Shown here piece after piece: positions 9,058-19,276 of a stretch of DNA of 43,291 nucleotides. Source of the DNA: Bacteroidales bacterium (GTDB lineage: Bacteria; Bacteroidota; Bacteroidia; Bacteroidales; CAIWKO01); assembly GCA_035403765.1 (NCBI GenBank), contig DAONFU010000001.1, positions 1-43,291 of the forward strand. The letters run 5' to 3'. The position numbers and the translations under genes are program-made. The notes under the pieces are model-generated. The model saw only the letters and a program-made list of their open reading frames with translations, did not search any database and was not told where the DNA came from. Each line of letters opens with the position of its first letter. Positions within the stretch are counted from its first letter, which is position 1.

Positions 9058-9516
9058 ATGATGGATACTATTAGTTATAAAACACGTTCTGCCAACAACG
9101 AAATCATTGTAAAAGACTGGTTGCTGATTGATGCAGAAAAAGAAATTGTAGGAAGACTGGCAAGCAAAGTGGCAATTTTGCTCAGAGGCAAAAACAAGAC
9201 TTATTACACTCCGAACCTCAACTGCGGAGACAATGTAATAATCATTAATGCTGAAAAAGTTCAGTTTACCGGCAAAAAACTCACCGACAAGATGTATGTC
9301 AGACATACTGGATACCCCGGCGGACAGCGTATGACCACGCCCCGGCAATATCTTGCCAAAAAACCGGAAAAAATTCTTGAATTAGCTATCAGAGGCATGC
9401 TGCCCAAAAACAAACTGGGTGATGATATGTATAAACACCTTTTTGTTTATGCCGGTTCCGAACACCCACACGAAGCACAAAAACCGAATAAAATTAATAT
9501 TAATACCCTTAAATAA
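9058..9516 (+). CDS. rplM: 50S ribosomal protein L13
   Basis: WLLIDAEKEIVGRLASKVAILLRGKNK...YVRHTGYPGG is typical of L13. Confidence 0.95.
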   Translation: MMDTISYKTRSANNEIIVKDWLLIDAEKEIVGRLASKVAILLRGKNKTYYTPNLNCGDNVIIINAEKVQFTGKKLTDKMYVRHTGYPGGQRMTTPRQYLAKKPEKILELAIRGMLPKNKLGDDMYKHLFVYAGSEHPHEAQKPNKININTLK

Positions 9517-9519
9517 TTT

Positions 9520-9906
9520 ATGGAAGTAATTCACACCATCGGAAGAAGAAAAACAGCCGTTGCCCGCATTTATGTTAAAGAAGGTAAAGGCGAGATTGTT
9601 GTAAACAGCAAAGATTTTAAAGAATACTTTCCAACACCCACATTGCAATATGTGGTAAAACAGCCCTTGGAACTGACAAATTCTTCGGAAAAATATGATA
9701 TAAAAGCCAATATCGACGGCGGCGGCTTCAACGGACAAGCCGAAGCCTTATCGCTGGCCATTTCGCGCGCACTCTGCGAAATTGACGCAGAACACCGCCC
9801 GGTATTAAAACCCAAAATGCTTCTCAGAAGAGACCCGAGAATGGTTGAACGCAAAAAACCAGGCCAGAAAAAAGCAAGAAAAAGATTCCAGTTCAGCAAG
9901 CGTTAA
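9520..9906 (+). CDS. rpsI: 30S ribosomal protein S9
   Basis: GRRKTAVARIYV...GGGFNGQAEA...RRDPRMVERKKPGQKKARKRFQFSKR is typical of S9. Confidence 0.95.
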   Translation: MEVIHTIGRRKTAVARIYVKEGKGEIVVNSKDFKEYFPTPTLQYVVKQPLELTNSSEKYDIKANIDGGGFNGQAEALSLAISRALCEIDAEHRPVLKPKMLLRRDPRMVERKKPGQKKARKRFQFSKR

Positions 9907-9930
9907 CATTCCGTTTTGTTTAGTATCTAA

Positions 9931-9968
9931 ATTGCCAAGACTATCGTTTTGCGATACTACTTGGCAAT
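9931..9968 (+). promoter_or_regulatory. stem-loop between rpsI and rpsB (terminator/attenuator or processing or regulatory hairpin)
   Basis: ATTGCCAAG-AC-TATCG-TTTTG-CGATA-CTA-CTTGGCAAT forms perfect 9-bp outer and 5-bp inner stems. No U-tract follows. Confidence 0.4.
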
Positions 9969-10017
9969 TGACTTAAAAAAGTAAACAAGAAAGTAAACAT
10001 AACCTAAATAAAAATCC

Positions 10018-10971
10018 ATGAATCAACTAAAATTTGAAGACCTCCTCGATGCCGGAGTACATTTCGGACATTTGAAAAGAAAATGGAACCCCGCTATGGC
10101 ACCATATATTTTTATGGAACGCAACGGGATACACATTATCGACCTCTACAAAACCGTGGCTAAAGCCGATGAGGCTGCATTAGCCCTCAAACAAATCGCC
10201 AAATCAGGTAAAAAAATCCTGTTTGTGGCCACCAAAAAACAAGCAAAAGAAATCGTCGGCGAGCTCGTGAGAAGCGTCAGCATGCCTTACGTTACAGAGC
10301 GCTGGCCGGGCGGAATGCTTACCAACTTTGCCACCATCCGCAAAGCCGTAAGAAAAATGGCCTCCATCGATAAAATGCAAAACGACGACACTTTTACCAA
10401 AATTTCAAAACGTGAACGTCTGCAGATACTTCGTGAACGGGCAAAACTTGAAAAAAACCTTGGCAGTATTTCTGACCTTACCCGCTTACCTTCAGCTATA
10501 TTTATTGTGGACATCCTGAAAGAAAAAATTGCTGTAAACGAAGCCAAAAAACTTAATATCCCCACCTTTGCCATCGTGGATACCAACTCAAACCCCAACG
10601 AAGTGGATTACGCCATTCCCGCCAACGATGACGCTTCAAAATCCATCGCTATCATTTTGGGACACATGGTAAAAGCTATAGAAGAAGGCCTTGCCGAACG
10701 CAAAATCGCCAAAGATATTCAGGACAGAGAAGATGAAGAAGAAAACGAAGATATCATGATTGAAAAAGCCAGCTTAAAATCCATTGAAGAACAAGAAGAG
10801 GAAGAAGAAGCCAAATCATTGAAAAAAGCTGCTGCAAAAAAAGAACTGGCTGCCAAAATAAAAGATGCTGAACCCATTGGCGAAATCGATGATACCGAAG
10901 ATAAAAAAGCTCGCAAACCTATTGCAGTAAAAAAACCTGTCGCAGGCAAAAAAACCATAACTAAAAAATAA
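10018..10971 (+). CDS. rpsB: 30S ribosomal protein S2 with long charged C-terminal extension
   Basis: LLDAGVHFGHLKRKWNPAMAPYIF...ERWPGGMLTNF is typical of S2. The last ~80 aa form a Glu/Lys-rich tail. Confidence 0.95.
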   Translation: MNQLKFEDLLDAGVHFGHLKRKWNPAMAPYIFMERNGIHIIDLYKTVAKADEAALALKQIAKSGKKILFVATKKQAKEIVGELVRSVSMPYVTERWPGGMLTNFATIRKAVRKMASIDKMQNDDTFTKISKRERLQILRERAKLEKNLGSISDLTRLPSAIFIVDILKEKIAVNEAKKLNIPTFAIVDTNSNPNEVDYAIPANDDASKSIAIILGHMVKAIEEGLAERKIAKDIQDREDEEENEDIMIEKASLKSIEEQEEEEEAKSLKKAAAKKELAAKIKDAEPIGEIDDTEDKKARKPIAVKKPVAGKKTITKK

Positions 10972-10999
10972 ACATTAACCTAATTATTCTATTTATAAA

Positions 11000-11836
11000 A
11001 TGGCAAATATAACAGCAGCCGAAGTAAACAAATTAAGACAAATGACCGGTGCCGGCATGATGGATTGTAAACACGCACTGGTAGAATGCGACGGAGACTA
11101 CGAAAAAGCTATTGATTACTTACGTAAAAAAGGACAAAAAGTAGCCAACAAACGCGCCGACCGCGAAACATCCGAAGGACTGGTAATAGCCCTGGCCTCA
11201 GAAGACAAAAAGTTTGGAAGCATCACCATGTTAAACTGTGAAACCGACTTTGTTGCCAAAAACCAGGAATTTATCGACCTCGCCAATGCTATCGCTTCAC
11301 TCACGCTGGTGAACAAACCAAAATCATTAGACGAACTGAAAAACCTGAGCATCAACGACCGCAGCGTGGCAGATCACGTGAGCGACTACATGGGAAAAAC
11401 AGGCGAAAAAATCGGACTAAATGATTATCAGTTTATCGAAGCCCCCAGGGTATTTGTATATAATCATATGGGCAACAAATTAGCTTCTATGCTGGGTTTC
11501 AACAAATCCGATGGTAAAGAAATTGACCAATGCGGAAAAGATGTGGCCATGCAGATTGCTGCTATGAGCCCTGTAGCCCTCGACAAAGACAGCGTGGATC
11601 AGACACTGATAGACAGAGAAATAGAAATCGGAAAAGAACAAGCCCGCGCTGAAGGAAAACCCGAAGAAATGCTTGAAAAAATTGCCCTCGGAAAGCTCAA
11701 TAAATATTTCAAAGACAATACCCTTGTCAACCAGGAATTTATTAAAGACAGCAAAAAAACCGTTGGACAATATCTTTCGGAATGTGACAAAGATCTGAAA
11801 GTTACTGAATTTAAAAGAGTGTCAGTGAAAAACTAA
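11000..11836 (+). CDS. tsf: translation elongation factor Ts
   Basis: ITAAEVNKLRQMTGAGMMDCKHALVECDGDYEKAIDYLRKKG is the UBA-like N-terminus of EF-Ts. Confidence 0.95.
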   Translation: MANITAAEVNKLRQMTGAGMMDCKHALVECDGDYEKAIDYLRKKGQKVANKRADRETSEGLVIALASEDKKFGSITMLNCETDFVAKNQEFIDLANAIASLTLVNKPKSLDELKNLSINDRSVADHVSDYMGKTGEKIGLNDYQFIEAPRVFVYNHMGNKLASMLGFNKSDGKEIDQCGKDVAMQIAAMSPVALDKDSVDQTLIDREIEIGKEQARAEGKPEEMLEKIALGKLNKYFKDNTLVNQEFIKDSKKTVGQYLSECDKDLKVTEFKRVSVKN

Positions 11837-11853
11837 TCTTTTATCACACAAAT

Positions 11854-11888
11854 AAAAAAGAGAGGCCTCAGGTTCTCTCTTTTTTTTT
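11854..11888 (+). terminator. rho-independent terminator after tsf
   Basis: AAGAGAG (11858-11864) pairs with CTCTCTT (11875-11881), with an inner CC/GG pair. An 8-nt T run follows and an A run precedes. Confidence 0.6.
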
Positions 11889-11915
11889 AATTTTGCTCTG
11901 TTAAATAATTATTTC

Positions 11916-12623
11916 ATGAAATATAAAAGAATTTTGCTGAAACTGAGTGGCGAAGCCTTGATGGGGAATAAAGAATATGGCTTTGATTCCGATCGTATTG
12001 ACCTGTATGCCAATGAGATAAAAAAAATCTACGACCTTCATATTCAGATCGCCATCGTAATTGGAGGGGGCAATATTTTCAGAGGCCTTAAAGGCAACAC
12101 TTTTGGCATCGACAGGGTGCAGGGAGACTATATGGGCATGCTGGCCACAGTTATCAACGGCCTGGCCCTGCAGTCGGCCATGGAAAACAAAGGCATAAAA
12201 TGCAAAATACTCTCGGGCATACAGGTAAATCCCGTCTGTGAGCTGACCAGTGGAAGAAAAGCCTTACAACATCTTGAAAAAGGAGAAATTGTAATTATCT
12301 CAGGCGGTACCGGCAATCCATTTTTTACTACAGATACCGCCGCTGTATTGAGGGCACTGGAAATTAAAGCCGACATCATCCTGAAAGGAACGCGGGTGGA
12401 CGGTATTTATTCCGACGATCCGGAAAAAAATCCCGAGGCAAAAAAGTTTTCGACACTGACCTTTGACGAAGCCTACGAAAAAAACCTGAAAATAATGGAC
12501 ATGACCGCGTTTACTTTGTGCAAAGACAATAATATGCCCGTGGTGGTTTTTGATATGAATACCGAAGGCAACTTACAGAAACTTGTCAGCGGCGAACCCA
12601 TAGGCACCCTGGTTACCAATTAA
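11916..12623 (+). CDS. pyrH: UMP kinase
   Basis: KRILLKLSGEAL...IVIGGGNIFRG...DYMGMLATVINGLAL is typical of PyrH. Confidence 0.95.
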   Translation: MKYKRILLKLSGEALMGNKEYGFDSDRIDLYANEIKKIYDLHIQIAIVIGGGNIFRGLKGNTFGIDRVQGDYMGMLATVINGLALQSAMENKGIKCKILSGIQVNPVCELTSGRKALQHLEKGEIVIISGGTGNPFFTTDTAAVLRALEIKADIILKGTRVDGIYSDDPEKNPEAKKFSTLTFDEAYEKNLKIMDMTAFTLCKDNNMPVVVFDMNTEGNLQKLVSGEPIGTLVTN

Positions 12624-12652
12624 TTTTTAAACAGTCAATAATAAAAAAAAAT

Positions 12653-13216
12653 ATGTCTGAAGAATTAGATTTTCTTATAGAAGAAACCAACGAAAGTATG
12701 CAAAATGCCCTGGTGCATCTGGAACGCGAATTTCAAAAAATACGTACCGGCAAAGCCAGCACGCAAATGCTCGAAGGAATAAAAATAGAATATTACGGCG
12801 CCGTGACGCCCCTGGAGCAGTTATCCAACATCAATACTCCGGATCCCAAACAAATAATTATTCAGCCCTGGGATAAAAACGCCCTTCCCCTGATAGAAAA
12901 AGCCATCATGGCCGCCAACCTTGGGTTCAATCCCAAAAATGACGGGGAAGTGCTGCGTATTGTGGTGCCACCACTTACCGAAGAACGCCGCAAAGAACTC
13001 GTTAAAAAAGCCCGCACCGAAGCAGAAAATGCCAAGGTTTCCATCCGGAATATCCGCAGAAACTCCAACGATGCGGCAAAAAAACTCGAAAAAGATGGCG
13101 TTCCCGAAGACCTCGTAAAAAAGGCCCAGACCGACATCCAGGAAATGACCGACAATTTTATTGCAAAAACAGACAAACTGCTGGTCCAAAAAGAAAAAGA
13201 TATTATGACGGTATAA
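12653..13216 (+). CDS. frr: ribosome recycling factor
   Basis: 187 aa. LTEERRKELVKKARTEAENAKVSIRNIRR is typical of Frr. Confidence 0.95.
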   Translation: MSEELDFLIEETNESMQNALVHLEREFQKIRTGKASTQMLEGIKIEYYGAVTPLEQLSNINTPDPKQIIIQPWDKNALPLIEKAIMAANLGFNPKNDGEVLRIVVPPLTEERRKELVKKARTEAENAKVSIRNIRRNSNDAAKKLEKDGVPEDLVKKAQTDIQEMTDNFIAKTDKLLVQKEKDIMTV

Positions 13217-13232
13217 AACAGCTCATAAAATC

Positions 13233-14180
13233 TTATTTCAGGAACAGTGGGTTTTCAATAAGTTTTTTTATCCCTTCGTCCAAAGACAGCATAGGCCGGC
13301 CCAGCAGTTTGCGCATCTTGGTTGTATCGGGCAGGCGGCGATGCATATCTCCCTCTTCCAATGGGGGTTTATACACTATCTTCGACTGGGAATTGGTCAG
13401 GCTGATGATTTTATTCGCCAGTTCAAGAACAGAAATCTCGTTATCGTTGCCAATGTTGATAATATCGTTGACCGTATCATGGTTGACAGCAGAATTTACA
13501 AAACTGGCATAGCAGGCATCCACATTGTCGTTGATATAACAAAAAGTCCTCGACTGGCTGCCGTCGCCATATATGGTGATATTCTGGTTTTTCAAAGCCA
13601 GTGCCATAAAGCGCGACATCACAAAATCGCGGCTTTGCTTGGGCCCATAGGTATTGAAAAACCTGAAAATGGTATAGTCCAGCCCAAACTCTTTATGATA
13701 GGATTTCAGATAGGCTTCCCCGATATTTTTCACCACAGCATAAGGCACCCGCGAGTTTAAAGGCGTGGTTAGTTCGTTTTGAGGCAATTCCACCGGCTCA
13801 CCGTAAACTTCCGAAGAAGAAGAAAAATATACCCGTTTGACATGGGAGTTTTTACTCAGATTCAAAATGTTGGAGATACCTTTAATATCATTCAAAACCC
13901 GCACCGGAAATAACTGCGTACGCTGCACTCCAACCACGGCGGCATAATGAAATACATAATCGAAGGGAAAGGCCAGCATCACCGCAGAAATATCACGGTA
14001 ATCGTTGACATTACATTTGATAAACCGCCAGTTTTTGTGCTGGGCTGATGGCAGCTTGGCCACATCGCCCGTGGTAAGGTCGTCCACAATAACAACATAA
14101 TTTTCGGGATCGCTGATCATTTTTTCGGCCAGGCAGCTTCCGATAAACCCTGCTCCACCGGTTATCAATATTGTTCTCAT
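13233..14180 (-). CDS. NAD-dependent sugar-nucleotide epimerase/dehydratase (extended SDR)
   Basis: [12 protein letters not shown] Rossmann motif and a YxxxK-type [10 protein letters not shown]. Its start overlaps the stop of rfbA by 4 nt. Confidence 0.85.
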   Translation of the reverse strand: MRTILITGGAGFIGSCLAEKMISDPENYVVIVDDLTTGDVAKLPSAQHKNWRFIKCNVNDYRDISAVMLAFPFDYVFHYAAVVGVQRTQLFPVRVLNDIKGISNILNLSKNSHVKRVYFSSSSEVYGEPVELPQNELTTPLNSRVPYAVVKNIGEAYLKSYHKEFGLDYTIFRFFNTYGPKQSRDFVMSRFMALALKNQNITIYGDGSQSRTFCYINDNVDACYASFVNSAVNHDTVNDIINIGNDNEISVLELANKIISLTNSQSKIVYKPPLEEGDMHRRLPDTTKMRKLLGRPMLSLDEGIKKLIENPLFLK

Positions 14181-15049
14181 AATTGTTTTTGTTCTAGTAT
14201 TTTTAATAGATACTCTCCGTAACCGGATTTTATGTATTTCTCGCCCAGAAACCTCAGTTTTTCAGCATCAATAAAGCCCATGCGATAGGCTATCTCTTCG
14301 ATACAGCCAATTTTCAGGCCTTGCCTGTTTTCAATAACCTCCACAAACTGCGATGCCTGCAATAGTGATGAAAAAGTCCCAGTGTCGAGCCAGGCCGTGC
14401 CCCGGGTAAGTATGGCGACTTTTAATTTTTTCTGTTCCAGATAATATTTGTTTACGTCGGTGATTTCGTATTCGCCGCGTTTACTGGGTTTGATGTTTTT
14501 GGCCACCTCCACCACGCTGTTGTCGTAAAGATATAAACCAGGAACCGCATAATTCGATTTAGGGGCCTGCGGCTTTTCCTCTATTGATATGGCCTGCAGC
14601 CTTTCATCAAATTCAACCACGCCGTAACGCTGCGGGTCGGATACATGATAGGCAAACACCACTCCGCCCTCGGGGTCGTTGTTTTCCTGCAAAAGTTTAG
14701 GCAAGCCCGTACCATAAAAAATATTATCGCCCAACACCAGCGCCACCTTTTCTTTGCCGATAAATTTTTCGCCAATGACAAAAGCCTGTGCCAGTCCGTT
14801 GGGTATTTCCTGGGGAGCATAGCTGAATTTGCATCCCAGCTCGCTGCCGTCGCCCAAAAGTTTCTGAAAATTGGGCAGGTCATAAGGCGTAGAAATGATC
14901 AGCACCTCCGAAATTCCCGCCATCATCAGCACGCTAAGAGGGTAATAAATCATGGGCTTATCGTAAACAGGCATCATTTGCTTGCTCACGGCGATAGTCA
15001 ATGGATACAGCCTGGTACCGGAGCCTCCGGCAAGGATTATTCCTTTCAT
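14177..15049 (-). CDS. rfbA: glucose-1-phosphate thymidylyltransferase
   Basis: [18 protein letters not shown]...[17 protein letters not shown] is typical of RfbA/RmlA. Confidence 0.9.
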   Translation of the reverse strand: MKGIILAGGSGTRLYPLTIAVSKQMMPVYDKPMIYYPLSVLMMAGISEVLIISTPYDLPNFQKLLGDGSELGCKFSYAPQEIPNGLAQAFVIGEKFIGKEKVALVLGDNIFYGTGLPKLLQENNDPEGGVVFAYHVSDPQRYGVVEFDERLQAISIEEKPQAPKSNYAVPGLYLYDNSVVEVAKNIKPSKRGEYEITDVNKYYLEQKKLKVAILTRGTAWLDTGTFSSLLQASQFVEVIENRQGLKIGCIEEIAYRMGFIDAEKLRFLGEKYIKSGYGEYLLKILEQKQL

Positions 15050-15255
15050 CTTGTGGCTTTTTTATTGTAATTGTGTTTCAAAATTAGCATAAAAAAAAGT
15101 AAAAGTACAATAATTCCTGATATTAACATTGCATTTTGTTATCCGTTGAAACCGCGCATAACCGTATAAGCAAGTGTATATAATAAAAGTTTTATCTTAT
15201 CTTTGGAGAAGCTTATTTTTGGCTTAAATTTTGTATTTTTTGAAAAAAGACCGGT

Positions 15256-16422
15256 ATGAAAACGAAAATTGTTTTATTCCTGATAAGCGTTGTCCTCCTG
15301 TCCGCAGGATGCACCTCATCCAAACAATACCTTGAAAAAGGCAATTTTGATATGGCTACAAAAAAAGCCATCTCCAAACTCCGTAAAAATCCCGATAATG
15401 TAAAACAGCTGGCGGTGTTAACCCAGGCATATAAACAAGCAAACAGGCAAAACCTCGACAGGATAGATTACCTGCGCAAGACAGGACAGCCTGATATCTG
15501 GGAAGAAGTTTTTCAAAACTACAATGCATTAAAAAACCGACAGGACATGGCCAAAAGCCTGCCACAACCTATACTCGCCACCATCGGATTTGAATACCAT
15601 GACTACGATGAGGATATGATAGAGGCCGAAAAAAAGGCCTGTGACTATTATTATGCCCTCGGCACCAAGTTGCTGAAAAGCAAGGACAAAATGGCGGCAC
15701 GCCAGGCATACAGCGAGTTTTCCAAAATCAAAAAACATTATTCGGAATACAAGGATGTGAACCAGCTTATCAGGCAAGCCGAGATACAAGGCACCACGTA
15801 TGTGATACTGAATATGCAAAACAACAGCAACGCCATTTTGCCCAAGGATTTTGAATATGAGTTTTTGAAGATTTCGCTTACCGGCCTCAATAAAAAATGG
15901 GTTCAATACGATACCCGTGAGCAGGAAGGCCTGACCTACGACTACGCCATAGTGGTAAACCTGAAGATGATTGATGTATCGCCCGAACGCATAAAAGAAA
16001 AAATATGGACTGAATCCAAGACCATACAGGACGGCTGGACCTACCAACTCGACAACCGTGGCAATGTAATGAAAGACAGCTTAGGCAACGATATTAAGGT
16101 TCCTAAATATGTTAGGAGCGAATGCCATGTTAAGGAGATAGCTCAAAATAAAGAAGCTGTGCTTTCGGGGAAAGTGGATTTTTACAATAATGTCAGCAGA
16201 CAACTGATGACTTCCGAAAATATCATCGCCAATTCCGTGTTCAGCAACGGCTACCTGATGGCCAACGGCGACCTGCGTGCGCTGACACCCGAAACCCAGA
16301 AACGGCTGGGCAGCGCTCCCCTGCCCTTCCCCAGCGACTTCGACATGATACTGATGGCCAACGAATTTCTGCAGAAAGCCGTGAAAGAGGTTATCAGTAA
16401 TAAGTCGTATCTGATAAAGTAG
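15256..16422 (+). CDS. hypothetical lipoprotein
   Basis: Lipobox LLSAGC at the N-terminus. A 388-aa ORF with coding-like composition and no recognised domain. Confidence 0.7.
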   Translation: MKTKIVLFLISVVLLSAGCTSSKQYLEKGNFDMATKKAISKLRKNPDNVKQLAVLTQAYKQANRQNLDRIDYLRKTGQPDIWEEVFQNYNALKNRQDMAKSLPQPILATIGFEYHDYDEDMIEAEKKACDYYYALGTKLLKSKDKMAARQAYSEFSKIKKHYSEYKDVNQLIRQAEIQGTTYVILNMQNNSNAILPKDFEYEFLKISLTGLNKKWVQYDTREQEGLTYDYAIVVNLKMIDVSPERIKEKIWTESKTIQDGWTYQLDNRGNVMKDSLGNDIKVPKYVRSECHVKEIAQNKEAVLSGKVDFYNNVSRQLMTSENIIANSVFSNGYLMANGDLRALTPETQKRLGSAPLPFPSDFDMILMANEFLQKAVKEVISNKSYLIK

Positions 16423-16435
16423 AGTTTTTTCTCTT

Positions 16436-17644
16436 TCAATTCTTGATGTTATCCTTGTATTTCAGGTTAAAGACAATCATCAATATCACAGAAATAATGG
16501 CCATAGCGGAGCCAAAATAAAAGGGCACCGATGAGTTGACTTTATCATAGAGCGCTCCGGCAATAAGACTGGCCGGCAAAAGCGTTATTCCCAACAAAGC
16601 ATTGTAGATACCCAGGGCCGTACCTTTTTTGTTTTTGTCGGTTAAATCGGAAACAAAAGCTTTCTGAATGCCATCGGTACAGGCAGAATATAATCCGTAA
16701 AATGCGAACAATATTATGATGCCGCCTATTGTTCCAGATAATCCGAAGCCAAAGTAAACGACTGCGTAAATAAAAAAACCTGTAATCAATACCTTTTCTT
16801 TCCCAATTCTGTCGGAAAGTTTCCCGATGGGTATAGCAAAGACAACAGAAACTAAATTTGTAATGAGATAGACCAGAGGAATAAAGGCGACTTTTATCCC
16901 AACCTCGTTGGCCTTGACCATTAGTAAGGCATCGGTGGAATTGCCAAGGGTGAAGACAAATAGGATGACCAGGAAAAAATAAAACCTGGGGGAAAAATCA
17001 CGGAAATGAAATTTTGTGAACAATTCCGACTTGTTCTTTTTGGCCTCTTTGATACCGAAAATTATCACAAAAATGGCCAGTATGGCCGGTATGCCTGCCA
17101 GAAGGAAAATAATCCTGAAATTCCCGGGAAACAGCCACAGCAATCCGAAAGCTATCAGTGGGCCAAGTATGGCGCCGCTGTTGTCCATGGCTTTTTGCAG
17201 GCCAAAACTTTTACCTGTTTCGCCGTTTATAACCGAGCCGGCTATCAGGCTGTCGCGGGGAGCTGTCCTTATACCTTTTCCGAACCTTTCGATAAGGCGA
17301 AGCACAAGAACGTGGACGGGTAAAAAAACAAAAACATACAAGGGTGTTATTAGTGCAGAAAGGCCGTAGCCCAAAAGCAGAAAGGGTTTGTTTTTTCCTA
17401 TCTTGTCGCTCCAGAAACCCGATAGTGCCTTGATAAGAGAGGCAGTGCTTTCGGCTATCCCTTCAATCAGCGCAAGACTGGTTTTAGAAGCCCCGATAGA
17501 CAACAGAAACATCGGCATCACCGAATACAGCATTTTTACAGAGGTATCCGTCAGGAAGCTGGTAATACCCGTGAAAATAATATTCCGACTGAAGCCAAAT
17601 ATGCTTTTTTTCGAATGTTTTTCCGGTTTCGGTTTTTTTATCAT
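16436..17644 (-). CDS. MFS transporter
   Basis: About 12 hydrophobic segments and an MFS-type loop motif. The track start at 17668 is TTG; the first ATG is at 17644 (MIKKPKPEKH...). Confidence 0.85.
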   Translation of the reverse strand: MIKKPKPEKHSKKSIFGFSRNIIFTGITSFLTDTSVKMLYSVMPMFLLSIGASKTSLALIEGIAESTASLIKALSGFWSDKIGKNKPFLLLGYGLSALITPLYVFVFLPVHVLVLRLIERFGKGIRTAPRDSLIAGSVINGETGKSFGLQKAMDNSGAILGPLIAFGLLWLFPGNFRIIFLLAGIPAILAIFVIIFGIKEAKKNKSELFTKFHFRDFSPRFYFFLVILFVFTLGNSTDALLMVKANEVGIKVAFIPLVYLITNLVSVVFAIPIGKLSDRIGKEKVLITGFFIYAVVYFGFGLSGTIGGIIILFAFYGLYSACTDGIQKAFVSDLTDKNKKGTALGIYNALLGITLLPASLIAGALYDKVNSSVPFYFGSAMAIISVILMIVFNLKYKDNIKN

Positions 17645-17834
17645 GGCAGACTCACAAGCATGATACAAAATTAAAGTTAAATTCTACATAAACAGCCAAA
17701 GTACTCCTACAAAAAACATCAACATGGTTGTACTATATTTTAATTACATTGAGCTACTCAGAGAAGTCGCAGAGTGGCACTGGAAAAAACCAGCACTTAC
17801 TCTGTATTAACAACAAAAAACTCTGTGATTTTTC

Positions 17835-17843
17835 AAAAAAAAT
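17835..17843. repeat. target-site duplication copy 1 (AAAAAAAAT)
   Basis: An identical 9-mer directly abuts both predicted IS termini. Confidence 0.5.
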
Positions 17844-19276
17844 CACTATCAACCGACAAATCTGCATATTTCTGAATTTTTATTTGAAAATAGCAGTAAT
17901 TCAACAAATTGAGGTTTCGACTTTTCGGAATTAAAAAACATACCCCCTCGTTTTTTTCAGAATAGACAAAGTTGTGGTGTAGGGCTTTTGTTTCTTGATT
18001 GGCCTTTTTTTGTATATGTCCTTCTGCAACTTTCAATAACCCAATAAATATCAAGATGGCTAATTAAATGCATGCGAACCAATGCTGCAACGGTAGAAAA
18101 AGCTTTGGCGGTTTTCGTGATTGCTTTAAGTACCGTGAGAATTAAATGTGCAATCAAGGTAATCCAGACTTGTGTTTTAATGCCATTTTCTGTTTCAGAA
18201 TAAAAATAGTGCAACTGGAAATTCTGTTTAAGTTTTTTGAATAACAGCTCAATGTCCCAGCGTTTTTTATACAAGAATGCCACTTCTTTGTTGCTAATTT
18301 CAAAGTTGTTTGTAATAAATTGATATACTCGTCCTTTTTCGTCTCTATAGGTTACTTTCCGCAAACAAAGTGTTTTCCAAACTTTTTTTTCTTTGTATTT
18401 CAGGTGAATGTGCTCCTCTTTCATCACACCAAATTCTTTATCGTTCAGCGTTTGCTCAAACAGCACCTCTTGCACCTCATAAACAGCATTGTTTTTAAGT
18501 CTACAAACAAAATTCACTTGCTGCTGCGTCCACTGTGCAAACTGCAAGTAATGATTATAAGCTTTGTCAAAAACAATCATGCTATGGGGCGGTAGGTTCA
18601 GGTATTTGAGAAAGTTTTTGTCATGCAACTTCGCCTCACTAATCTTCACAAATTTCGCTGTATTGGAATGGGCATCGATCATCATGTGTACTTTCAAGCC
18701 ACCTTTCTTTTTGCCATCGTTTTTCGGATTTCGGCCAACACCTTTCATGATCTCGGAAAATAGTCTTATTGTGGTTGAGTCAAATATGAAAAATTTGTCA
18801 AACGAAACATCTTTGATTCGGCTGACCGACAAAAGTGGGGTAAAATGGTCAAGAAGCGCAAAATAGAAATCCATAAAAAGATCATTCGGCCTGTTCCTTA
18901 ATCCATCACCAGCAGTGCTTTTGGCTGGCGAACTATCCATCCCCAAATAATTTAACTTTCCCTGCAATACTCGCATTCCGTCGCAAACTTCAACCATAGA
19001 ATCACAGCGATTCAGTATACCAAATAGCATCGTGACGAGTTGATCCCATGATGTGAAAGTTTTATAATAGCGATCTGATTCATACTGCAATACTAATCGG
19101 TCAAACTTTTCTCTGGGAAGTAAATTTATTAATTGTTTAAAAATCGGCTGACCGACTAAATGTTTTTCCGTAACTTTGTTCATGTTGTTTTTGTGTTATG
19201 CAAAACAAAATTACAACATGAAGGGGAACCCTAACGGAAGTACCCTTCTTTTAAAAAATTTAGTCGGCTAGTAGTG
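17844..19276 (-). mobile_element. IS4-family insertion sequence, about 1433 bp, apparently intact
   Basis: Single full-length DDE transposase. Imperfect terminal inverted repeats: CACTATCAACCGACAAAT on + from 17844, and CACTACTAGCCGACTAAAT as the reverse complement from 19276. Flanked by the 9-bp direct repeat AAAAAAAAT. Confidence 0.8.
17957..19183 (-). CDS. IS4-family DDE transposase
   Basis: 408 aa. The N-terminal module resembles the DUF4372-type region of Bacteroidota IS4 transposases. The C-terminus has the Y-x2-R-x3-E-x6-K signature (YKKRWDIELLFKKLK). Confidence 0.9.
   Translation of the reverse strand: MNKVTEKHLVGQPIFKQLINLLPREKFDRLVLQYESDRYYKTFTSWDQLVTMLFGILNRCDSMVEVCDGMRVLQGKLNYLGMDSSPAKSTAGDGLRNRPNDLFMDFYFALLDHFTPLLSVSRIKDVSFDKFFIFDSTTIRLFSEIMKGVGRNPKNDGKKKGGLKVHMMIDAHSNTAKFVKISEAKLHDKNFLKYLNLPPHSMIVFDKAYNHYLQFAQWTQQQVNFVCRLKNNAVYEVQEVLFEQTLNDKEFGVMKEEHIHLKYKEKKVWKTLCLRKVTYRDEKGRVYQFITNNFEISNKEVAFLYKKRWDIELLFKKLKQNFQLHYFYSETENGIKTQVWITLIAHLILTVLKAITKTAKAFSTVAALVRMHLISHLDIYWVIESCRRTYTKKGQSRNKSPTPQLCLF

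Noticed and set aside
17770-17804. Interrupted hairpin CAGAGT..CTGG-AAAAAA-CCAG..ACTCTG in the MFS upstream region.
   Set aside because: It has only 6 + 4 bp with a large internal loop and no U-tract. It sits in a 5' region where a terminator makes no sense. It is too weak to call without conservation data.
17825-17846. Perfect 9-bp hairpin GTGATTTTT-CAAA-AAAAATCAC.
   Set aside because: Its right arm is made of the target-site duplication plus the first bases of the IS (CAC). It is a by-product of the insertion junction and A/T runs, not an independent element.
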